Positions 40,236 through 49,742 of a stretch of 64,000 bases of DNA are shown here, one piece after another (position 1 is the stretch's first letter; every line of letters begins with the position of its first letter). The notes below the pieces were generated by a model. It saw only the letters and a list, made by a program, of their open reading frames with translations, had not been told where the DNA came from and did no database searches. Made by a program: the position numbers and the translations under genes. The DNA comes from an uncultured virus (IMG/VR IMGVR_UViG_3300032116_011488) (taxonomy: Duplodnaviria > Heunggongvirae > Uroviricota > Caudoviricetes): positions 1 to 64,000 of IMG/VR virus record IMGVR_UViG_3300032116_011488; one strand, given 5' to 3'.

Positions 40236-41435
40236 ATGCGGTATAATTCTGAACAGCACAACTTTAAAAAATTTATAAAAGAGTGGGATACTGACTCCGA
40301 ATATGTTTTATTTGGGGCAAGTAAAGAGTGCGTTCAGTTTATCAGAAGTTTGGATTTGTTGATGGGAGAAGGAACGCTAAAGATAAAGTATATAGTTGAC
40401 CATAATCTTAAGAGTTCTACGACAGTTGACAGTATACAAGAAATAAGTTCATTCTATCGGCAGTCCAAGAAAATAGATAACAAACGTAATAACTTAAGAT
40501 TAGTTCATATAGATGACTTTAATGATTCCGAAGCAAAGGTCATTATTACAACTGACGAATTTAGAAACGAGTATAAAAAGTACTTAGGAGAAAGAAACAT
40601 AAAATTTACTTGGTACAAAAATATAGCAGCTATTTGGCCGTTCGAACATAAAAACAAAGTCCACATATTTCAGACAGACATATTGGTTACGGAACGCTGT
40701 AACTTGAATTGTTCTCACTGTAATATGTTTATACCGCATTATGAAACCCCCACACATAGAGATGCGGATATTATGATAAATGATATTGATTTGTTATTTA
40801 CTAAGGCAGATTATGTAAGTATACTTCATCTGGTCGGAGGAGAACCGTTTTTATATCCTAACATAGATGCTGTGATTAAGCATATAGTGTACAATTATAT
40901 CAATAGAATAGATAAGTTTATTATCACTACCAACGGCACGGTCACTCCAAAAGATACCACTATGCAATTATTACGAAATAGTGATGTAATATTGAGTGTC
41001 AGCGACTATTCCAATAAACTAGAAAAACTTAAGACCAAAGTAACCAAAAACATAGAGAATTACCAGAACAATAATATCACACATTATGTTCGAAATAATA
41101 TAGAGTGGTATGATTTTGGTGATTTACGAGTAAAGAAAAACCTACCAGAAGATGAGTTAATACAACACTTTGATAGCTGTACAGCTCCGTTCCGTGGACT
41201 AAATGAAGGTAAATTCTACTATTGTCACTTGAACACCAGCGCGGTATTAACTAAATTGTTCCCACAAAACAACAATGATTATGTAGACTTAAAGTCGGTA
41301 TCTCGGGAAGATTTTCTAAAATTTGATTTGGGATATACAAATTTGGGATACATTACATTCTGTGATAACTGTAATGGATGTAATACTGGAATAAAAATAC
41401 CAGTTAGCTATGAAAAACAAGGGGTACGTCAATGA
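40236..41435 (+). CDS. Radical SAM protein
   Basis: TERCNLNCSHC, VGGEP, TTNGT, C-terminal Cys cluster. Confidence 0.85.
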   Translation: MRYNSEQHNFKKFIKEWDTDSEYVLFGASKECVQFIRSLDLLMGEGTLKIKYIVDHNLKSSTTVDSIQEISSFYRQSKKIDNKRNNLRLVHIDDFNDSEAKVIITTDEFRNEYKKYLGERNIKFTWYKNIAAIWPFEHKNKVHIFQTDILVTERCNLNCSHCNMFIPHYETPTHRDADIMINDIDLLFTKADYVSILHLVGGEPFLYPNIDAVIKHIVYNYINRIDKFIITTNGTVTPKDTTMQLLRNSDVILSVSDYSNKLEKLKTKVTKNIENYQNNNITHYVRNNIEWYDFGDLRVKKNLPEDELIQHFDSCTAPFRGLNEGKFYYCHLNTSAVLTKLFPQNNNDYVDLKSVSREDFLKFDLGYTNLGYITFCDNCNGCNTGIKIPVSYEKQGVRQ

Positions 41436-41905
41436 TTGTTATAGTTGATATTGACGGTACGGTTGGTACCCATAAGAAAAGAACTGAGCTAGCGACAGAT
41501 AGTAATGGAGTATTTGATTGGGATATTTTCTATGCTCACGAAAATGTTATGTCTGATGAACCTATTTGGCAAACCATTTACAATGTTCGCCGGTATAAAA
41601 GTCAAAATTTTAAGATAGTAATGTTTACCGCTAGACCTGAATTTGTAAGGCGTTCTACTGAGGAATGGTTAAACTTGTATGATATACCATTCGATGAGTT
41701 ACACATGCGGAGCGCTGAAGACCATAAGATACCCGCGGTAGAATTAAAAAAGAAAATGTATGAAGCGTTTATTGATGATAGGGTGTTTTGTGCGTTTGAT
41801 GACAGAGATGAAATAATAGAACTGTGGTCATCATATGGGATACCAACATTTAAAGTAGATTATGAAATCGATAGATTACCAAACAAAATTATTACTGAGA
41901 AGTAA
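41432..41905 (+). CDS. HAD phosphatase (T4 PseT 3'-phosphatase-like)
   Basis: DIDGT, FTARP, K, FDDR motifs. Confidence 0.8.
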   Translation: MIVIVDIDGTVGTHKKRTELATDSNGVFDWDIFYAHENVMSDEPIWQTIYNVRRYKSQNFKIVMFTARPEFVRRSTEEWLNLYDIPFDELHMRSAEDHKIPAVELKKKMYEAFIDDRVFCAFDDRDEIIELWSSYGIPTFKVDYEIDRLPNKIITEK

Positions 41906-42863
41906 AGATTTGCGAAGCCCCAAATCATTTGAAGATTTGGGGTACATATATTTTGGACCTTTATTGTTTAATTTTTTTGTTTGGCTGAAACGTGAAGTAA
42001 ATGGTTGCGATAAAATTTTGTTTAATTCCAGAGAAGGATTTTTTCTTGAACAAATGTATAAAATGTTTCAAGAAAAATACCAACTGCCAGAGTCAGTTTA
42101 CTTTAAAACTTCAAGAAAACTTTCCTCTATGGCAGCATGTTTTACTAGAGAAGATATATACAAAACATTTGAATTACATAGATATTCTGGTCATCTATCC
42201 AATTTATTGAGAGATAGGTTTGGAATCTGTCCTAAAGTTGAACATGATTATGTATTAGATACACACATTACTACTCCTTTTTTAGACAATTATATAGATG
42301 AAATTTTGGATAAGGCTAAATACTTACGTAATGAATACAGTACATACATTAGTAGTATAGTAGCTAATTCTAAAGACATTGTAATGGTTGACAGTGGATA
42401 TCAAGGAACCACACAATACTATATTCAAAAGGCATATGGGTTGACATTTAAAGGTAGATATTTTACTTTTAAAGGTAACGAATATTTGAAAAATGTGTCT
42501 GGATTCTATGATTTTAAAACAACTATGTTGCCAAAAAATATTATATTTTTTGAATCAGTTTTTATAGATAATGTCGGTTCTTATATAGACATAGTAAACG
42601 GTCAATTTGTAAATGAAAAACTTGAGGAACAAGTTCAATTCTTTGAAGAGAAAAAAGAAATAGTTCTAGGAGCACAACGGTTTATAAAAGATATGTTAGA
42701 GAATAACATAGATATTGAGTATAACTCAGCCACATACTCAGACTATCTGTTTAGTCTTATGTGTACGAAAGATTTTATCAAAAACGTAGAGTTGATGGAC
42801 ATTTTTTATCACGATAACTATTATACTAGAGATAGTATTAAAAAAGTAATTGCAAAGGACTAA
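41862..42863 (+). CDS. Protein resembling the C-terminal part of HAD-like proteins of polysaccharide loci
   Basis: GPLLFNF..W, FNSREG, TSR, VDSGYQGTTQ. Confidence 0.55.
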   Translation: MKSIDYQTKLLLRSKDLRSPKSFEDLGYIYFGPLLFNFFVWLKREVNGCDKILFNSREGFFLEQMYKMFQEKYQLPESVYFKTSRKLSSMAACFTREDIYKTFELHRYSGHLSNLLRDRFGICPKVEHDYVLDTHITTPFLDNYIDEILDKAKYLRNEYSTYISSIVANSKDIVMVDSGYQGTTQYYIQKAYGLTFKGRYFTFKGNEYLKNVSGFYDFKTTMLPKNIIFFESVFIDNVGSYIDIVNGQFVNEKLEEQVQFFEEKKEIVLGAQRFIKDMLENNIDIEYNSATYSDYLFSLMCTKDFIKNVELMDIFYHDNYYTRDSIKKVIAKD

Positions 42864-42864
42864 T

Positions 42865-44052
42865 ATGAATACGTCTTTAAATTTTATATTCCTCAATGAC
42901 ACGTTGACAGCAAATGGAGATGGGTTATTCGGCACATCTGGACCATTTTTTAATTATATACAAAAGGAAAACTTTCAGTATAGCCTCAGTGGGACAATTA
43001 AAGATGGGTGTAAAAATATACTACCGATTGAAATTTCCAAAGGCGGTATGGGAATTAAAGAAATACCTAACGAAATTTTTGATTTTGTCAATACCAATGA
43101 CATAAAGTTATTAATAATAAACTTAGCGGACCCGACTGCTAAGAATCAATATATACAGTGCCTAAATTATCTAAAGGATAGGCATTTGGATTTTGATAAA
43201 TTAATTTATGTAGATAGTAATTTACAATTATCAAAGCTTAAAACAAATTTTACCAATAAAATTTATACGTTTAATTATTTTATAGAAGAGGCAACGTGGA
43301 CAAAGGATGGGTTTTATGACACCAATAATGATCTCGGGTATGTCAGTAAACATATAGAAGTAAGTGAATTAGACAACTTCAGAAGTAAAAAGTTTTTATG
43401 TTTTAATAGAAATATAGATAGAGCACATAGATTTGTTTTGTTATATGAATACATAAAAGGTGTATTTCATAACTCATACTTTAGTTTTCTCAGGCCTATA
43501 GATTATTTTAAAGAAAATCAACACTTCATTGAAAATTATAATCAAACCATTTTAACAGAAGAAGATATAGATTTTTATAACCAAAAGCTTCCAATTGAAT
43601 TGGATACACAAAATACAGAAAAAAAGCATGGATTTTCAGTTACAAATACTTTGAAAAAAGATTTATTTTTAGATAGTTGTATTCATCTTGTTACGGAAAC
43701 CAAATATATAGATAATGAACTGTTTTTATCGGAAAAGATACTGAAACCAATATTAGGGTATCAGCCGTTTATTGTATTCGGACCTCATGGATATTTAAAA
43801 GAGCTAAAAAAATACGGATTTAAAACTTTTTCTGATATTTGGGATGAATCATACGATGACATAAAAGACCCAGTTGAGAGAATGAAATCTCTAATTTCTC
43901 TAGTAAAACAACTAAATAATAAGAGTATAGAAGAGTTGAATGATATTTATAGAAGTACGAAAGAAATCTGCATACACAACAGAGATTTGTTTTATAGTTT
44001 AGAGTTAGATACATTAAAAGTTATTTTTGAGGAAATACAAAATGAATGGTAA
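42865..44052 (+). CDS. GT10-like putative glycosyltransferase, paralog 3
   Basis: FLCFNR..RAHR...HLVTET...LSEKILKP..QPFIVFG..YGFKTF..WDESYD. Confidence 0.55.
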   Translation: MNTSLNFIFLNDTLTANGDGLFGTSGPFFNYIQKENFQYSLSGTIKDGCKNILPIEISKGGMGIKEIPNEIFDFVNTNDIKLLIINLADPTAKNQYIQCLNYLKDRHLDFDKLIYVDSNLQLSKLKTNFTNKIYTFNYFIEEATWTKDGFYDTNNDLGYVSKHIEVSELDNFRSKKFLCFNRNIDRAHRFVLLYEYIKGVFHNSYFSFLRPIDYFKENQHFIENYNQTILTEEDIDFYNQKLPIELDTQNTEKKHGFSVTNTLKKDLFLDSCIHLVTETKYIDNELFLSEKILKPILGYQPFIVFGPHGYLKELKKYGFKTFSDIWDESYDDIKDPVERMKSLISLVKQLNNKSIEELNDIYRSTKEICIHNRDLFYSLELDTLKVIFEEIQNEW

Positions 44053-45025
44053 AAGGGTTCTGATTACAGGCGCCAACGGTTTAGTTGGTAACTACATGAT
44101 TGCAAAATGTATAAACCGTGGGGCATTAGTTACCGCAGTAGATATTGTAGAACCAACTAATCAAATTAAACAATATAAAGAAAATTATTGGTATAAAGAT
44201 AATTATAATTTCATCCAAGCCGATTTACGTGAATTTAGTCAATGTAAAGAAGTCGTAAAAGGTCAAGATATAATATTTCATATAGCCGGAGTAAAGGGTT
44301 CCCCCAAGAGAGCGATGGAACAACCCGCAGATTACTTCGTCCCAATGTTACAATTTAATACCAATATGATGGAAGCCGCTCGACTCGAAGATGTCGAGTG
44401 GTACGTTTTTACGTCTACCGTAGGCGTATACCAACCCGCAGAAGTATTCATTGAAGATGATGTGTGGAAGACCTTCCCATCAGAAAAAGATAAGTATGCT
44501 GGTTGGGCTAAACGTCTTGGGGAACTTCAAGCCGAAGTATACCAAGTATCCTATAATTGGAACAAAGCATCTATTGTCAGACCCGCCAACATTTATGGCA
44601 GACACGATAATTTTGGTCTAGAATCTACCGTTATCGCTTCATTAATTAAGAGATTGTTTGGCGAAAAGGAACACCCATTAGTATGTTGGGGTGATGGTTC
44701 GCCTATTCGTGATTTCATTTATGCAGGTGACGTAGCTGATGGTATCATCCAAGCATACGAACAACGTATCACACAACCAATCAATTTGGGTAGTGGAACT
44801 GGAGTGACGATTAAGGAACTTGCAGAAACTTTAGTGGAAATATATGAAGAAATGTACGGTGTTAAGGTTGCAATCGAATGGGATCCTACAAAACCAAATG
44901 GTGATGCCAAGAGATTGATGAGTACTGAACGAGCAGAATCGTTTGGTATTAAACAAAAAGTATCATTAAAAGAAGGATTGAAAGAAACTATAGATTACTA
45001 TCTAACACATTTTAAAGGGAAGTAA
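44042..45025 (+). CDS. NAD-dependent epimerase/reductase (GDP-fucose synthase/GME-like)
   Basis: TGANGLVG, RPANIYG, WGDGSPIRDFIY, NLGSG, KPNGD. Confidence 0.85.
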   Translation: MNGKRVLITGANGLVGNYMIAKCINRGALVTAVDIVEPTNQIKQYKENYWYKDNYNFIQADLREFSQCKEVVKGQDIIFHIAGVKGSPKRAMEQPADYFVPMLQFNTNMMEAARLEDVEWYVFTSTVGVYQPAEVFIEDDVWKTFPSEKDKYAGWAKRLGELQAEVYQVSYNWNKASIVRPANIYGRHDNFGLESTVIASLIKRLFGEKEHPLVCWGDGSPIRDFIYAGDVADGIIQAYEQRITQPINLGSGTGVTIKELAETLVEIYEEMYGVKVAIEWDPTKPNGDAKRLMSTERAESFGIKQKVSLKEGLKETIDYYLTHFKGK

Positions 45026-45028
45026 GTT

Positions 45029-46012
45029 ATGAATAAGACAGATAAGATTTTAGTTACTGGAGCTAGTGGATTTATTGGTTCACGTTTATTGAAGATGTTA
45101 CATGAAACCGGGTATACTAATTTACGTGCTACATCTTGGAATAGAGAATTACGTGATACTTTATCAGATATAGAACATATTAAGGGTAACTTACAAGATG
45201 CAGACTTTTGTGAAGTAGTATCAAAAGACGTTGACGTAGTATTTCATTGTGCAGCTAATACGTCGAACGCTCTTGATACCAAGTTCAATCCTCTTCTTCA
45301 CGTTACTCCAAACGTTGAAATGAATGTGAACCTTATGGAACAGAGTTGGAAGAATAAGGTTCGTAAGTTTATTTTCATCTCATCAAATACCACGTATCCA
45401 GATATGGGTGACATTCCTTGCAAAGAAGATACAAACGTTCAAACCCCAGACATCGTTCCAGTCTATAAAGCGGTAGGTTGGATGAAACGTTATTGTGAGA
45501 CTTTGTGTGATTTCTTTTCTAATCAAATCCACAATCCTATGCAATGTGTAATTATCAGACCTTCAAACGCATACGGTCCTAATGACAAGTATGATTATGA
45601 AAAGTGTCACGTAACACCAGCTAATATCCGTAAGGTAGCAGATGGACTCAACCCAATTCCAGTTTGGGGTGACGGTACAGAAGTCCGTGACGTAATTCAC
45701 GTTGATGATATGGTCAGTGGATTTATTACCGTGGCTGAAAAAGTAGACACCTATGACATTTATAACGTGTCGTATGGAGAGGGATATACTGTTATAGAAG
45801 TTTTGAATGCCATCAAGGAAATTGAAGGTAACACAAATCCAGTCAACTTTGTAAACAACAAGGCACCAATGATTCCAGTTCGATTACTTGATAACACCAA
45901 GTTAAAGAGCTTGGGATGGTCACCCAAGTATGACTTACGTAGTGGCTTGGCAGATGCATTGCGGTGGTACAAGGAAAACAAGCACCAATTCAACCCAAAT
46001 TCACAGCCATGA
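45029..46012 (+). CDS. NAD-dependent epimerase/reductase
   Basis: TGASGFIG, RPSNAYGP, WGDGTEVRDVIH. Confidence 0.85.
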   Translation: MNKTDKILVTGASGFIGSRLLKMLHETGYTNLRATSWNRELRDTLSDIEHIKGNLQDADFCEVVSKDVDVVFHCAANTSNALDTKFNPLLHVTPNVEMNVNLMEQSWKNKVRKFIFISSNTTYPDMGDIPCKEDTNVQTPDIVPVYKAVGWMKRYCETLCDFFSNQIHNPMQCVIIRPSNAYGPNDKYDYEKCHVTPANIRKVADGLNPIPVWGDGTEVRDVIHVDDMVSGFITVAEKVDTYDIYNVSYGEGYTVIEVLNAIKEIEGNTNPVNFVNNKAPMIPVRLLDNTKLKSLGWSPKYDLRSGLADALRWYKENKHQFNPNSQP

Positions 46013-46524
46013 GCTACAAAGATGAATTAACAAATGCTATGAAACTGTTGATGGATAAACCAGAAACAGTTTTCATCGGTCAACAAATCGTGTACTACGG
46101 TAATCCTATGTCAAAAACAATTGAGGGACTACCAAAAGAACGAATGATAGAAACTCCCGTTATGGAAGAAACTCAGATGGGAATGACACTGGGTATGGCT
46201 ATGGCTGGTAAATTAGTAGTAAGTTTCTATCCACGGTGGGACTTTGTAATTTCTGCGATGAACCAATTGGTAAATCACCTTGATAAGTACACACTTATGA
46301 CCGGTAAAAATGTTCATGTGATTATACGTGTTGGTAAAGGTTCGGATAAACCTCTGGACCCGGGCCATCAACATAAGGCAAATTACATAAAGCCGTTTGG
46401 TGAAATATTAAAAACGATAACCTTACTAGATTGCACAACAGTAGAAAGTGTAAGAAAAAATTATAATACAGCAATAAACACACCAGGTATCTATATCATA
46501 AACGAATATCCTGAGGTATATTAA
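46009..46524 (+). CDS. TPP-dependent E1-beta/transketolase pyrimidine-binding subunit (short)
   Basis: IETPVMEETQMGMTLGMA, NQLVNHLDK, PGHQH. ATGA overlap. Confidence 0.8.
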   Translation: MSYKDELTNAMKLLMDKPETVFIGQQIVYYGNPMSKTIEGLPKERMIETPVMEETQMGMTLGMAMAGKLVVSFYPRWDFVISAMNQLVNHLDKYTLMTGKNVHVIIRVGKGSDKPLDPGHQHKANYIKPFGEILKTITLLDCTTVESVRKNYNTAINTPGIYIINEYPEVY

Positions 46525-46525
46525 T

Positions 46526-47395
46526 ATGCAAAATGGAATATTATTTTTAGGTGATAGTTTTACATGGGGAGAGGGATTAGAACTTTATTGTGATACACCT
46601 AAATGGATTGAAGAACGAACCCAACAAAATGGTTGGCCAACATTATCAACTAAACAAGACGAAGATGGTATTCGTTTTCGTGAAGAAAATAGATTTTCTA
46701 GATTAGTTGCTAATCATTTTGGTAAAATTGATTGTGTTAATGACACAAATGGAGGATGTGTAGCGGGGTATATTAATGTTGCACATAAGTTTTTATTTGA
46801 TCCTGATATAAGAATTGACACCATTATTATTCAATTTTCTATACTTGACCGAGAGCCTATTCATGGAAGTTTTAGTTGTGTGTGTGACTTTTGTAAAGCA
46901 ACGGGATATCATCGATATTTTGAACAAGTAGAACACGTTATAGCAGCACTTATAAATGGTAATTTAACTGATAATCAAAAAGAAGCTTTAATATTTTTCG
47001 AAAAAAAAACAAATAGAAAGGCAACTGACAACGATTTTTTAGATGCTCTTATTAATGTAAGAGGAATCTGGTATTCCAATTTAGTACATGATTTTTATGT
47101 CAATCATATTTTACACTGGGAAGCTTCTGGGAAACGAAAAATATATTACATAGATTCATGGGATAACGAAACAAGTTATAAATTACACAATTCAATTATA
47201 CCTATAGATAAAAAAGGAATTCCTTTAATTGGAGAAGATGATAGAAAATATCAAATATGGACCAAGTGGGAGAATTCATTCGAATTTAAAAACATATCAC
47301 AGCAGTTTGTGAAAACTGGAAACGGTCACCCTACATTAAAACAACATCAACATTTAGCAAAATCTATTATACAATTTTTAGAAGAAAGACAATAG
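46526..47395 (+). CDS. SGNH/GDSL-like protein
   Basis: FLGDSFTWGEG, C-terminal GHPTLKQH. Confidence 0.65.
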   Translation: MQNGILFLGDSFTWGEGLELYCDTPKWIEERTQQNGWPTLSTKQDEDGIRFREENRFSRLVANHFGKIDCVNDTNGGCVAGYINVAHKFLFDPDIRIDTIIIQFSILDREPIHGSFSCVCDFCKATGYHRYFEQVEHVIAALINGNLTDNQKEALIFFEKKTNRKATDNDFLDALINVRGIWYSNLVHDFYVNHILHWEASGKRKIYYIDSWDNETSYKLHNSIIPIDKKGIPLIGEDDRKYQIWTKWENSFEFKNISQQFVKTGNGHPTLKQHQHLAKSIIQFLEERQ

Positions 47396-47408
47396 GAGAA
47401 ATAGTATT

Positions 47409-47537
47409 ATGTTTAAGTTTATTAAAAAAATATACAATTCTTATTTAGAAAAGAAAAAAAAGAAGCAGTTAGAAAAATTATACAAAGAACGGTTAGAAGA
47501 ATTAAGAAAGCGTGATCCGTTCGTGTACAAGCATTGA
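47409..47537 (+). CDS. Small basic protein, 42 aa (absent from ORF track)
   Basis: MFKFIKKIYNSYLEKKKKKQLEKLYKERLEELRKRDPFVYKH. SD AGGAG upstream. Fills the intergenic gap. Confidence 0.7.
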   Translation: MFKFIKKIYNSYLEKKKKKQLEKLYKERLEELRKRDPFVYKH

Positions 47538-47543
47538 TATTAC

Positions 47544-48797
47544 ATGCATAATAAAGAAACGTTTTGTATATTGCCATTCGTACATTTCTACACCCAACCA
47601 GACGGTGAGGTAAAGCCTTGCTGTATCGCAGGTGGATTTGACAATAAACAATCTTTGCGGGATAAAAATCTAGAGGATATATTTAATTCTGATGAATATA
47701 AACAACTCAGAAAAGATATGTTAACGGGAAAACGTAACAAGATGTGTGATATATGCTATAAAAAAGAGGATGCGGGGGAGTTTTCCCCTAGACATAATTA
47801 TAATAACAATCTTACAATTGGTGGTCCATGTGAATGGACTACTCCCGTGATACACGAAGATTATTCTGTACCTATCGAGTTTCAGCATATCGATATTAGA
47901 TTTTCTAATCTATGTAATTTTAAGTGTAGAATGTGTAATCATTCCTTTTCTTCCCATTGGTATGAGGATTCCCAGAAAATAAAAGTGGGAAATCATCATA
48001 TATATGCGACAAACGAGAACACAAAGATAATAGAAGCAAGTAAAACAATTATCGAAGATTTACTACCGTACTTAAAAAATTTAAAGAGTGTATATTTTGC
48101 AGGTGGTGAACCATTAATTAATGAGAAGCATTACAACTTGTTGGTTTGGTTAAGTGAAAATTTAGAGGATACCAATGACACTAATGGATTGGGTGCTCGT
48201 AAAAAGTTATCGATGCACTATAATACCAACTTGTCAGTTTTGAAATATCGTGATTATGATTTTGTGAAGTATTGGAAGAAATTTAAACGCGTACACTTAG
48301 CTATATCATGTGACGGAATCGGTAATGTAGGAGAATACCAACGAGTTGGATTTAATCATACTACATTTATAAAAAACTTAAAAGAATTACAAACATACGC
48401 AATATCAAAGTCAACAACAGGACAAATAGATAATATTTCGTATAGTTTTCAGTACACTACTACAATTTTTAACATAGAACACATATTTGAATTTATAAAT
48501 TTTATGATGGAAAATAAATTCATTGATAGTGAAGATTGTATTAATTTTTATTATGCATGGGGTCCATTGATGTCAGTAAACAATATGTCCGATACTGATA
48601 AAAGAAGAATTACGGATATGTTTACAAAAAATATAAATAATATTTCATCAGAGATTACAAAAAGTCAGTTGACGGCGATAGTAAATTATATGAATAGTTC
48701 ACCTACACATGAAATCAGTTTACTTAATGAATTGGTTACAAAACTAGATGATTTACACGGAACCGATTACAAAACTATAACTAACATACGACTATAG
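47544..48797 (+). CDS. Radical SAM enzyme with N-terminal twitch/SPASM-like domain
   Basis: CILPF...KPCC...CDICY, NLCNFKCRMC, AGGEP. Confidence 0.88.
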   Translation: MHNKETFCILPFVHFYTQPDGEVKPCCIAGGFDNKQSLRDKNLEDIFNSDEYKQLRKDMLTGKRNKMCDICYKKEDAGEFSPRHNYNNNLTIGGPCEWTTPVIHEDYSVPIEFQHIDIRFSNLCNFKCRMCNHSFSSHWYEDSQKIKVGNHHIYATNENTKIIEASKTIIEDLLPYLKNLKSVYFAGGEPLINEKHYNLLVWLSENLEDTNDTNGLGARKKLSMHYNTNLSVLKYRDYDFVKYWKKFKRVHLAISCDGIGNVGEYQRVGFNHTTFIKNLKELQTYAISKSTTGQIDNISYSFQYTTTIFNIEHIFEFINFMMENKFIDSEDCINFYYAWGPLMSVNNMSDTDKRRITDMFTKNINNISSEITKSQLTAIVNYMNSSPTHEISLLNELVTKLDDLHGTDYKTITNIRL

Positions 48798-48803
48798 AAC
48801 AAA

Positions 48804-49742
48804 ATGAAATATATATTAGCTACGGGATGTTCATTTACAAACAATATAAGATTGAATCCAGATATACCGCAACAAGATACGGAACACAAAAGACGTTCTT
48901 GGCCGTATTATTTACAGCAAGAACTTGGAAATGAGTATTGTGTTTTAAATTATGGTGGAGCAACTAATGATAATGTGTCAATGTGTAGAATTATATTATA
49001 TCACATAAATCGTTTGTTGAAAGAAAACATAGACCCAAAAGATATAAAGATTATACTCCAATGGTCATCTGGTACTAGACAAGCAATTTATATGAGTAGA
49101 CAGATGGATAAATATTCTCATAGTATGGGGCACACATTGGTCTATCATAATAATTGGGAAACAACACCCGGAGTGTTTTATTTGACAGGTGGGTTTGACC
49201 CCCCGATGGGACCTGGTAGTGCAATAGAAAAATTTGGTATATATAATGCGATAAAGTACTGGCAAGCGGAAATTATGTGGGATAACCATATCAATACCGT
49301 TATGCCTTGGTTAGAAATGTGGTTATTACTAGAAAAAACTTGTAAAGAATTGGGCATTGATGCGTATTACATGAATATGTGGGATAACTTTTCCCACCAA
49401 TCGGAGTCCAATTTTACAAAAAATGGTAATAGCTTGCAGTTATATGGTAATCCAACCACAGATATTTGGATGGATAAAATTGAAGTTTTAAAACCATACC
49501 TTGACAAGTTACCAATAAAGTCTGATAGACACTGGCATCATGAAAATTATAAGGGATTACTGGAATGGGCCATAGATACTAGAGATGATAATATACCTGT
49601 ATTCCAAGAGTTCGATGAATATAAAGCAAAAACGTTTGAAGAGTATTTATATGCTACTGGTGGAAATTCGTGGGGACATCCTTCCGCTGAAATGATGGGA
49701 ATATTTGTTAGAACAGAACTTCTTAAGTTGATAAAATTATGA
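48804..49742 (+). CDS. SGNH/GDSL-like protein
   Basis: ATGCSFT, SWP, NYGGATNDN, QWS, WGHPS. Confidence 0.6.
   Translation: MKYILATGCSFTNNIRLNPDIPQQDTEHKRRSWPYYLQQELGNEYCVLNYGGATNDNVSMCRIILYHINRLLKENIDPKDIKIILQWSSGTRQAIYMSRQMDKYSHSMGHTLVYHNNWETTPGVFYLTGGFDPPMGPGSAIEKFGIYNAIKYWQAEIMWDNHINTVMPWLEMWLLLEKTCKELGIDAYYMNMWDNFSHQSESNFTKNGNSLQLYGNPTTDIWMDKIEVLKPYLDKLPIKSDRHWHHENYKGLLEWAIDTRDDNIPVFQEFDEYKAKTFEEYLYATGGNSWGHPSAEMMGIFVRTELLKLIKL

Noticed and set aside
39599..46524. Pyruvate dehydrogenase as a central-metabolism auxiliary gene
   Set aside because: The subunits are truncated, no E2 or E3 is present, and the context is NDP-sugar genes.
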